A DNA stretch of 64,000 nucleotides from Paraspadella gotoi (taxonomy: Eukaryota > Animalia > Chaetognatha): NCBI GenBank assembly GCA_051294375.1, contig CM119263.1:22408833-22472832 (forward strand). Reading direction: 5' to 3'. Shown one piece after another: positions 24,744 to 35,188 of the stretch (position 1 is its first letter; every line of letters begins with the position of its first letter). The translations under genes and the position numbers were made by a program. Under the pieces are notes generated by a model that saw only the letters and a list, made by a program, of their open reading frames with translations, was not told where the DNA came from and made no database searches.

Positions 24744-26216
24744 ATGGCGTTGGGAATCGGAATTGCTCGCGGCCGACCAATTTCGAGATTGCCTCTCGGG
24801 TTTCCCTTGATAGAAGGGCGCCGCCCGTCTTCCGCCCATCTCGTCGCTGACTACAAAGAATGGTATCTACCTTTGACTCGTCGTCAGCTCATCGAGCAAC
24901 TCTTGTGGGACGATCGATTTTGTCTTTCTCGCGTCGATCGAGGCAACCTGAAATGCTTGGCCGCCGAATTGGACCTCGCCGCCTCCAACAAATATCACGA
25001 GGTTCTTCACGATCTCAAGCGCCTCTACTTGCCCGTGAATCCCGACAAGGAAGCTATTGTGTCGACCAGGGGCGGAGGAAGCGACACCGATCTGGTTGTG
25101 CTGGAAACTAGGTTCCTTACACTTTTCCGTCGGGTTTTGAAGCAAGCCAATTTTCAGCAACTTTCTCACGATGCCATGACAAAGGCCCTGAAGGAACACA
25201 ACGTTGGAGACGGTGTCATGGTGAGCATTAATCCCCACAAATATGTCACTCTGCTCTTCTGGGTACAGGGTCTTCATACGGTTAGATCTGAAGACCTAAA
25301 CTGGCTGAAATCTTTTCAAGAGCGGATTAGGACTTTGACTGGGAGGCCCACGCCCAAGGAACAAACATTTTATAGGTTAGCTTTTAAATTTGAGAGTGTA
25401 AAACTTAGTTTGAATAACTACTATAAGGTGTCTCTAGTATCTCTGTTAAAATCCCTAAAATTTCTATATAATAATTTTCATGTACGAAATGGCTTTGTTT
25501 TGGCATTTGAAGGTTAATATAATTTTATTTTATTTAATTTGTATTGTTTTTTTTTTTTCAGTCGCGTTGTCGTCGCGGTGCGAAAGAAAGGATCCAAGCA
25601 CCTCCGCCTCAAGGGCTACAAAGACGTACCAGTCAGCGGCCTGGAGCAGCTTCTTCCCGACGGAAAAGTTCGAATGGGTAGCTTCGACAGATGGGTGCTC
25701 GTCTCCATGTGCCTTCTGGGATCCGCCTCCCTGGCGGCCCGTACCTCGGCTCAGATGACCTCTATGAACATTAAGTCAGGTGCCCTCATCTCTTTGGTCG
25801 TTTCTGGGCTCATTGGCTTTAACTCTTATTTCGCCTACGGAAACCGTCGCAACTCGTACCTCCTCGAGCTCTCCGGGATGCACTATTATCGCAATTTGGC
25901 CAACAACCTGGCGCTGGTGACGATGCTCGTCGATCGCGCGCAGGATGAAATTTTCAAAGAAGCGCTCGTCGTCTACGCGCTGCTTTCGTCTGGCGATGGA
26001 GAGAGTGGCGCCTCCCTTGTCCAGCTAGAAAGGATGGTGGAGTCTTTGGCCGATTCGAAGCTCAACCAAAGCATCAAATTCGATTCGAGAGAAGCCGTTG
26101 ATTTTTTGCTTGAAAATAAACTAGTCATGCGAAGAGGACACTTGATATTTTCGAAGAACGTGGATGAAGTCGCTCAAGAATCAACTATTAAGGAGCATCG
26201 GTATTTGGACATCTGA
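24744..26216 (+). CDS. TMEM143: TMEM143 / DUF3754 family membrane protein (exons 24744-25375, 25562-26216)
   Basis: YLPVNPDKE, LKQANF, LKGYKDVPVSGLEQLLP, YYRNLANN, LVDRAQDEIFKEA and two hydrophobic segments. Confidence 0.85.
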
Positions 26217-26316
26217 CCGAAATGACTCGGTCCAATTCACCTTCGTTGAGTTTTGATATACACAGTTATACACAGTTGACATTTATTTATTACTTGTTTT
26301 TGTTTTTGATCGAATC

Positions 26317-27879
26317 ATGACAGAAGGCAATATGCATTGTGCCAAAGCTTCAAAAAGTCTCAGGAGAAATTTAGTTTCGATCAATGAACCTTTTTCCCGA
26401 TTTTACCAAACCGTTACATACACTAAACCCTGGAACTATGTCAACGGAAAGCGGTGCGACCCTATCGATAGTCCTTCCTCCTTTAAACATCATGAACCTT
26501 CGACCGGAAAGGACGTTTGTGAAATCCGCGAATCCGGAATCAAGGACGTGGACAACGCCGTCGCTTTCGCCCAGAATGCCTTTGAAACTTGGTCCCGTCT
26601 CGGCGGAATGGAGCGCGGGCGCATCCTGGTCGCGGCGGGTCAAAAGATTCGAGAGCGGGCCGAGGAGATCGCCCACGTGGAAACTGTAGATACGGGAAAG
26701 CCCATTTGGGAGTCGCGGTTCGACGTCGCCGCTGTCGCCGAAGCCTTCGAATATTACGGCGGCGTGGCTGGTTCCATTGGCGGGCGTCACTTGCAGCTTC
26801 CTGGAGACAATTTCGCATTCACTCGGCGTGAGCCCCTCGGCGTTGTCGGCGGAATCGGCGTCTGGAACTTTCCCGCCCTCACTATCGGCTGGAAGGCTGC
26901 ACCTGCTCTCGCTTGTGGTAACACTTTTGTTTATAAACCGTCTCCCTTTACTCCCATGTCCGCCTTGTTCATAGCTGAGATTCTTACGGACTGCGGTTTG
27001 CCCGATGGGGCAGTCAACGTTGTTCAGGGCCAAACGCTGGCAGGCCAACGTATGTGTAGTCACCAAGGTATCGCGAAGATATCCTTTACCGGGAGTGTGC
27101 CTACGGGAAAGAAGGTTATCGAAGCTTGTGCTGGTACAATGAAGCACATGACTATGGAATTGGGTGGCAAGAGTCCTTTAATAATCTTCGAGGACGCCGA
27201 CTTGGACAACGCCGTACGCGGCGCCCTCATCGGCAACTTTATCACCCAAGGTGCTGTCTGTTCCGCCGGTACGCGGATTTTTGTGCAAAAGAGCATTTAC
27301 GACAGATTTTTGGAGAAACTCGTAACTGCGACTAATCGAATGAAGATCGGCGACCCTATGGCCGACGACACGATGATCGGCGCCACCATCAACGAGCCTC
27401 ATGCGCGAAAAGTGCTGCGCTACATCGAGGACGCTCGCAAAGCGGGGGCTCGGATTTTGTGCGGCGGCGAACGAGTCTTGCTTCCGGCACCGCTGGACAA
27501 AGGCTGGTTTCTTTCCCCTTGCGTCTTCGACCATGTAAACGACGATGACGTCATCGTGAAGGAAGAGGTCTTCGGCTGCGCCGCGGCCGTCCTTTCCTTC
27601 GACACCGAGTCTGAGGCCCTGACGCGCGCCAACGCGACGCCTTTCGGCCTAGCGGGGGGCGTTTTTACCCGAGACGTGTCTCGGGCACACCGTGTCGTCA
27701 ATCAACTCCAAGTCGGAACGGCTTGGATAAACACCTACAACTTTTACCCGACCGAAGTTCCTTTCGGAGGATACAAACTGAGCGGCTTCGGAAGGGAGAA
27801 TGGGCTCGAAGTGTTGAGTCACTATTCCCAAATTAAAACCGTTTTTGTCGAAATGGGTGACGTCGATTTTCCGGCGTGA
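26317..27879 (+). CDS. ALDH9A1: Aldehyde dehydrogenase family 9 (TMABA/betaine-aldehyde dehydrogenase-like), intronless, 520 aa
   Basis: DTGKPIWE, TRREPLGV, WNFP, KPSPFTP, FTGSVPTG, ELGGKSP, catalytic Cys in QGAVCSAGTR, EEVFG, PFGGYKLSGFGRENG, terminal VEMGDVD. Confidence 0.93.
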   Translation: MTEGNMHCAKASKSLRRNLVSINEPFSRFYQTVTYTKPWNYVNGKRCDPIDSPSSFKHHEPSTGKDVCEIRESGIKDVDNAVAFAQNAFETWSRLGGMERGRILVAAGQKIRERAEEIAHVETVDTGKPIWESRFDVAAVAEAFEYYGGVAGSIGGRHLQLPGDNFAFTRREPLGVVGGIGVWNFPALTIGWKAAPALACGNTFVYKPSPFTPMSALFIAEILTDCGLPDGAVNVVQGQTLAGQRMCSHQGIAKISFTGSVPTGKKVIEACAGTMKHMTMELGGKSPLIIFEDADLDNAVRGALIGNFITQGAVCSAGTRIFVQKSIYDRFLEKLVTATNRMKIGDPMADDTMIGATINEPHARKVLRYIEDARKAGARILCGGERVLLPAPLDKGWFLSPCVFDHVNDDDVIVKEEVFGCAAAVLSFDTESEALTRANATPFGLAGGVFTRDVSRAHRVVNQLQVGTAWINTYNFYPTEVPFGGYKLSGFGRENGLEVLSHYSQIKTVFVEMGDVDFPA

Positions 27880-28124
27880 TAATTTCGCTCTGAAATATAA
27901 AAATTTTGAAAAATGAACAATGAAGTTTCGTTTCTAAAAATTCCGCCATTTTTTACTCGAATATTGGTTGTGATAAAAGTGCTTTTGCTCTACATAAAAC
28001 TTAATATAAGTATGTTTCTGAGATATTGTTTCATAAATATTGTTGATAATGATGTTACTTTATTTTTTTTAAAGCATATTTGAGATTTCCCTCGAAAAAC
28101 GCTTTCTATCCCATTCGGGGAACA

Positions 28125-31100
28125 ATGGGATTCTCAGCGTACTTTTTCGAGTTTTTGGTTACCCCTAATGGGACAACCACCCTTGAGATTATCGCTTGGT
28201 TCGTATTATATGGCCTCACGCTGGTCGTCCGTCGAAGTTGCCTGTCGAAACGCGAGCAAGTCGACGATAGTGCGACTGAAACTACAAGTATTATCCCCAT
28301 TAATAATGGCATTACCGACGGGAGCGGCACTTTGAGACGAAGACGACCCCAAGAATCTCATGATGGTGGAATGGAACTGCCTGTCAGTAATTCCGAGCGA
28401 GACCAAGTTCCCAGTCAAACTTCCTCCATTATTTATTTCATGCAGAATGTGATTTTCGCTTATTTCCTCAACGTGATATTATTCACTTTGATCTCACTAG
28501 CTATGCATCAGTCTATCTTATTCATTCCAAATCGGTGCGACAATACGTCTCAGGAGCATTGTAATTATACTTTTTATTTCGACAAAGAATATTATTTAAC
28601 TAATCCGTCCACAAATGATACGCTTCATCTTATTTATATAAAAGGAAAAGGTAAGCGTTTTAACTGGTTTTATTGTTCAGAAAACAGTTCTCACGAAAGT
28701 AAAATTTTTAAATCATCTGTTAGGTGCTATTAACAGGCCCCTACTTTTCTCACATGGCAATAGCAACAATTTAGCTTACGAAACATTTGTCCATGAATAT
28801 CAAAGTTTTCTTCTTCTCGGTTTGGATGTTTACGCGTGGGATTATCCTGGATATGGTAATTTCAAAACTTTATCAAAACTTTATCATTATACATTAAACC
28901 ATCTTTAAAAACTAATTTTATTGTTTGGCTTACTTTTAATAGGGAAAAGCCGTTTAGATCCTACCAGTTCGATGTCACTCGAAAGGTTTCAAGATGATGC
29001 ACACTTTATTTTGCATCAGGTACTATTTTTTTTACTTAATATTAGAAAATGCGCTTTCGTTTTTTCCAGCCCAGAATCGATCCCGACCAAACCACAACCG
29101 ATTTTGATGGTTTTTAGCATACAGTATCCTCATGGCGGTGCAAATTGAACTATCAGGGCGAATTTTTCTGGAAGAATAAACGTCTGTGCTTCTGTTAAAA
29201 TAAACAAGTTTGAGCAAACAATGTCGGACCTGCCCACGATCATTATCGGTAATTAATTAATTAATTAATTAATTAATAATTAAGTTATTCAAGTTAATTA
29301 ATTAATTAGGCAATTACCACGACAAAAGCAATGATGACGATGAGAATAATGCCGATGATTTATTAATTATTTATTAATTGATTAATTAACTGATTAATTA
29401 TTTGATTCATTAATACATCTTGCATTTACATTTAATATAAAAAGAAAAAAAAGCATAATCAATTAGTGAAACAGGTTTTTTGTTTTTTCCATTTAAACTC
29501 ATTTCCACTCAAACGATTACATCGAAACTTAATTTCCAGCTTAATTACACACTTTTCTACCCACATACAAATTTCAAGTCAATCGCCCCATCCACTCGTG
29601 AGCAATTTGTGTTCAAATAGTGAAATATATTTTTTTGTTTTTTCCATTTAAACTCATTTCTACTCGCAACTTCATATCCAGCTCAATCACACACTTCCCT
29701 ACCCTCACACAAAATTTCATTCCAATCCATCCATCCAATCACGAGTAATTGGTGTTTTTTGCTAAGGTGGGACGGACGGACTTTTTTTTTTTTTTTGCAT
29801 AATTTATCATAATTCAATGTTCTGACATGATATAAGTGAATGCCTGACAAGATTGAGGGGGTGGACCGACAAAGTGAATTATAGAATCGGAATCTGCTGA
29901 GAAGCAGATCCGACTAAAAATACCGAAAATATTGTTTTTAAAATTTTGCCTCGTATCTCAGCGTGGGTTGAATTTTTACATTTGTATCTTTATTGACACC
30001 ATCTATCCTAAATTTCATCCAATGAAGTGCGGTAGTTTCCATTGAACTGATTCTGGGCTCGAAAAATTGAAAGCGCATTTTCAAATATGAATACTTCTGT
30101 ATTCATTATTAGTTTTCTTTAAATTTTTTTTGACAGTAGGTAAAACTAGTTTATTAATATTTTTCATCCAATTATTGTGCATATTCTTCAAAATAACTGC
30201 CAGGGCTTTATTGATCAATTTTGGGCAATGGTTAGATTAATAAAAATTTATATGAAAATTTATTCGTGTTTAAAAAAATCGTAAATTTTGTATTTTCCGT
30301 TTTTTTTTCATTTTTACACGGAACTGGTAATAAGGTCTCACTTTTATCTAATACAAAAATCCAAGAAGTGGTGCTCTGGGGATTTTCTATGGGTGGAGCC
30401 ATTTCTACATCTTTGGCGGTTCATCATTCATCCCGGTTCCTCGTTTTGCAGTTTCCTCCTGACCGGTGAGAACTTGTGTTCCGATAACCGTTAACCGTTA
30501 ACGGTTATTAACGGTTAAAAATAATTTTAACTTAACTGTTAATATATTTATTTTAACGGTTAAATTCGGTTAATTTTCAAGTATGATTTTTGTTATTTTT
30601 TGTTATGAAAACTTTGATTTTTTAAAAGAAAAGTTTTTTTTCCTGTCCTCTCTTATTTTCCTTTCCCTTTCTCACTACATTTTTCCCCTCTCTCTCTTCT
30701 ACATTTTTTTTCCTTTTTCCTTTATTTTCAACCCTTTTATTCTTTTTTCTATCCTTATTTATTTTCCTTTTTTCTGCCCTTCCAGTTTTTATTTTTTACT
30801 TTCTCCCAATTGTTTTCGTTTTTTCTTTCAACTAATTTTATACATTTACATCAAAGAACATTTTGAAATATAATATAATATGTATATATAATATTTATAT
30901 ATAATATTGTCTATTCATTAAGGCGGGCCAAAATTCAACACTTTTAATAACTTCTAGTTCTCTCAAAAAAAAATTTTTTTCCTTCTATTACTAAATCGAT
31001 TTTCAATGCAACTTTTTGAATTAGTTTTTTGGGTTGTTGCACTGAAGCTTTTAAATATTTATTAATACATAATAAATGACGAAATTTTTTTTTAAATTTA

Positions 31101-32934
31101 ATTTTTTAAGAAAAGATTCTTATAAAGCTTGAAAGTTAAATAAAAGTTAGTACTATAATTTTTTTAAAATTTTGATAATTAATTGGTTAAAAGAAGAGAA
31201 AACCTTAAAAAATCATCATCATTGGCTGAATTTTATGTTTTTTTTTATTTTCGTTAATAAAACAAAAAAATTTAAAAAGTTGTAATAATAACCTTTATCG
31301 AACTTCTATTTAATCTATTTAAAAAAATCAAATTCTTACATGCAATAATATTCTATTTAGCTATTAATAAATAATTAATAATCCTTTTTATTTTACTTTT
31401 TTTCGCTTTTTCTTTTTCTTTCTCCTTCTTTCTTTAAAACGAACAAAGTAAATTAAATTAAAACCGAATGAATGAAAAAAATTAAAAAAGACTAAATAGA
31501 AATTATTATAAAACATTTAAAAAAATAACAATAGAAGGAATGAATCTTTGAAATTAAGGCTAACGAAAACTATCCTTCAATGATGATATACTTAATATTT
31601 ATTAATTAACTCTTTTGATCAATCGATCATTCAATTAATAAATTGATATTCATAATTAGAAGAAAACAAAGTTTATTTGTTTACAAACAACGGGTTTTTA
31701 TTCAAAAAAACGGACATGTTTCGACTCTAGTTTTTTCGAGTCTTCATCAGGGCATGAGAGTCGAAACATGTCCGTTTTTTTGGATAAACTTTTTTTTCTC
31801 TTATCTATAAACGCAACGAAAAGAAAGTCTTAAGACTTAACACAATATTCATAATTATGTTTATGTTCATGGTTTATGAAAGACTAATGTGGAAGACGAT
31901 GCCGCTTCACTAACAGTAACAACAAAACAGTAACAGTAACAACAAAAAACAAGCTTTCAAGAAACCAACAACTATAAAAATAATGAGGAAGAGAAATAAA
32001 GCAAGAAAAAGCCAAAGCGAAAGAAAGAGAAAACAAAATATAGTATTAGAATTACATTGTGCTTTTTCTTTCATTGTCTTTTTTCATTTTTTTATTATGC
32101 TATGAGGCAAAAGTAAGATTTAATATAATTCTTTATTTGATTAGCTGATAAGGTAAATTATCATGCGTAGATTCAAGATAGTTTGCTCAAACCAATTTTA
32201 TCATTTATCAACTATGTGTACCTCATCTATCTGAAATAGATAAAGATAAAGACGATTCAGGAGCCAGAGTTAATGAGAAAATACCATAAAATACTTTAAA
32301 TTTAAATAATTAATATTTTAAATTTAAATTATAAAATTAACCGATTTTAACGGTTAACCGTTAAAAATGTTAGTTTTAAGCGAAGTTCCTCAAAAATTAA
32401 CTGTTAACGGAACTCGTGAGAACCGGTTTCATGATTGTATCCAATGATAATCTCTTTTTAAATTTCACCATTAAAATTTCTTTTTTCGTTGTTTCTTACT
32501 AACTGGAGTAATTTTAGTCATTTGATCTTATTAGCTTAAATTGCTCCTTTCTTAGGTTTCCCATTTTTATTTCCTGTTGATTTAAATTTAATGACTTGTG
32601 GAAAAATGTTTTATTTCACAGCTTTGATTGGATTGTCAAAGAAGGCACGAAATTAACCGGCTGGTTCTCAACTTTACCGCAATTCAAAGTTCTTAATTTA
32701 TATGACTTGCTTCCTTCCCTAAAATCTCCTACTTGTGTTTATCATTTAGCCGCAGAAAAAGACGTTTATGTAACTTTTAAGAGGCAAAAAAGCCTATTCT
32801 CACAATTATATTTTGCTGTTAAAACTTGTTCTGTATTTCGGGAAATTAAATACTTAGGACACAATTCTAATCCTTTTCAAGATATTTTCTTATCTCATGA
32901 GCTCCTGCTGTTTTTGAATCCAAAGACGGCTTAA
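28125..32934 (+). CDS. Membrane-anchored alpha/beta-hydrolase, ABHD12/13/17-like (exons 28125-28650, 28724-28855, 28943-29019, 30335-30465, 32622-32934)
   Basis: Splicing by eye gives LLFSHGN, WDYPGYGKS, nucleophile elbow WGFSMGG, AAEKDVYV (Asp) and LGHN (His) in one frame. Two N-terminal hydrophobic segments. The exon-4 acceptor (AAG at 30332-30334) is the weakest junction. Confidence 0.78.
29039..30099. mobile_element. Decayed TIR element hosting Helentron-like copy 2
   Basis: Inverted arms GAAAATGCGCTTTC..TTTTTC.AGCCCAGAATC (~29046-29078) and the complement at ~30049-30083. The right end CTTCTG-TA resembles the 1542-2096 MITE. Confidence 0.55.
29203..29920 (+). mobile_element. Helentron/DINE-1-like element, copy 2, in ABHD intron 3
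   Basis: Same termini and (TTAA)n tract; long internal identity with copy 3. Confidence 0.72.
30474..32415. mobile_element. hAT-like non-autonomous element in ABHD intron 4
   Basis: 8-bp direct repeat GTGAGAAC at 30466-30473 and 32416-32423, imperfect TIRs GTGTTCCGATAAC / GTTAACGGAACTC, and clustered subterminal TAACCGTTAA/TTAACGGTTA repeats at both ends. Confidence 0.7.
31710..31753 (-). ncRNA. Minimal type-I hammerhead ribozyme motif, intact catalytic core
   Basis: Minus strand reads gcc-CUGAUGA-a-GACUC-gaaaaaacua-GAGUC-GAAAC-AU-GUC-cgu: core, 5-bp stem II, palindromic ACAUGU stem III and GUC cleavage triplet. Stem I has a mismatch next to the core. An inverted half copy follows at 31757-31780. 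Confidence 0.8.
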
Positions 32935-34228
32935 TCTGTACTGTAACTACTTTACTACTGTCGCTTTTGTGGCGAGAACGGCACTATCGAAATTTTGAAA
33001 ATTACTTTGCTCAATTCTCATAAATTCCTTTTCCTTTACCGATAACGGTTAACAATAGTGTTTCGTTTAGCGCTATTTTGGAAACCGATAATTTGGCCAT
33101 TGATAGGAAAAACAGCCTGGTGCTACACGCCAGAAATTGTGTATAGTTTTCCTTTTTAAACTTATGTGAAAATAAAAAAATATATATATATATTTTCTTT
33201 TGAGATGAACATGGTTTAAAGCGGACTTCATTGATTTGAAGTAAAATTCCTTTAAAAAATCGTGAGGCGGTAATATCTCAAAACAGTTTAAAATTACGTA
33301 TAAGGCAGAAAAATCGGAAAACTTTTTGTTTACAAACAAATGCAATGAAAAAAAGTAAAAACACAAAATACGAAAAAAAAAATTTTACTATTAGGATTTA
33401 GCCTGCTCTTTTAATAATTTTTTTAAGTTTTATAAATTATTTATTACCTGCGCTAGATCAACATGATCAAAATGTAAATGGAAATTAAAAAGCATTAATC
33501 AATCAGTTAGCGACTTGATTTCATGTTTTATTTTGTTTATACTGAGAGATAATACTTACTTTTAATCTCTTCGCTGTTCTCTTATAGGAGTTCTGGAAGG
33601 ACCGAATTGAAAGACTCATGACTTAGCATTTTTGTGAAAATAAAAAAACGCAACGGTTGTGCGACAATCTGGATGGTAACCATAATAATAATAACAATTT
33701 TTTGTTTTTGTTTTTGTATTGTTATTTAATAAAGTTAAAACGGTTTATTTCTCTTTGTTATTAGCATTTAGATTTACCCCTCTCGTATTATTTCAAACAA
33801 ATATAACTTTGAATTTTATTTAGAAGCCAATTATTTATTTCGAAACATTAATCTTCATAATAACTGCACCGTCATTTAATTTATTTTAAAAATAAATTTG
33901 TTTGTGAAATGTGTATTCGAAAACTCGTGCTTATGTAGAGACAATGTTATTTGTTTGATTATGAAATGATTCTGAATATAATTTTGAGAAATATCTCAGC
34001 ATAACTGCTAAATTACATTAATACTGTTCCTCAATGAGCCTTTGTTCTTAGATTAGCGTAAGAAGCAAATCTGCCATTATATTGAGTTTTATATTCAATT
34101 AATTATTATTTTCAATTATTTATTATTCGAATGTGTTTTTTACTTTTAAAATATTCGGAGGTTTAGCTTTGTATTTCTGGTATTAATCTATCCTAATAGT
34201 CGTTTATCCATCTAATCATCAGTATTCT

Positions 34229-34961
34229 AACAAGTTTGAGCAAACAATGTCGGATCTGCCCACGATCATTATCGGTAATTAATTAATTAATTAATAATTA
34301 ATTGGAGTTAATTAATTAATCAAATGAATTAATTTGATTAATTTTTGATCCGAAATGTTTGTTTTGATTAATTGATTATTGATTAATTAACTGACTAATT
34401 GATTAAGTAACTGATTATTTGATTAATTAAACATCTTGCATTTACATTTAATATAAAAAGAAAAAGAAGCATAATCAATTAGTAAAACAGGTTTTTTGTT
34501 TTTTTTTCATTTTTTCATTCATTTCCACTCAAACGATTCCATCGAAACTCGATTTCCAGCTTAATAACATACTTTCCTACCCACATAAAAAATTTCAGGT
34601 CATGAGTAATTGGTGTTCAAATAGTGAAATATATTTTTTATTTTTTCTAACTAAACTCATTTCCACTCGGACAATTCCATCGAAACTTCATATCCAGCTC
34701 AATCACACACTTCCTTACCCACACACAAAATTTCATTCCAATCCATCCATCCAATCACGAGTAATTGGTATTTTTCGCTAAGGTGGGACGAATGGACAGA
34801 CAGACTGAGAGACAGACGGACGGAAGGACACTATTTTTTTGCATAATTTATCATAATCCGATGTTCTGACATTTAAGTTAATGCTCGACAATATTGAGGA
34901 GGCGGACCGACAAAGTGAATTATAGAGTCGGGATCTGCTAATAAGCAGATCCGACTAAAAA
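34229..34961 (+). mobile_element. Helentron/DINE-1-like element, copy 3
   Basis: Same 5' end, GACA/GACG microsatellite near 34790-34830, terminal hairpin AGTCGGGATCTGCT-AATA-AGCAGATCCGACT. Confidence 0.72.
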
Positions 34962-35188
34962 GTGACCATTTTGTCATTCCCTTTAAACTTAAAGCATTGC
35001 AAATTTATAATAAAACGTTTTAATTTTAATTTACAAGACGTGAAAAAATAAAATCATTAATAATTATAATAATACACAAGTCAAAACGAAACGTATATAA
35101 CCTAAATAAATCGCGGCTTTAAATTTTTAAAGATCTCACGATATAGGAAGAAGGGAAGGGAATGAAAAAAAAAACTTCGTTCCTCATC

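Noticed and set aside
8046-27831. Antisense and alternate-frame ORFs over the hnRNP, UTP18 and ALDH9A1 genes
   Set aside because: They are shadows of real coding sequence.
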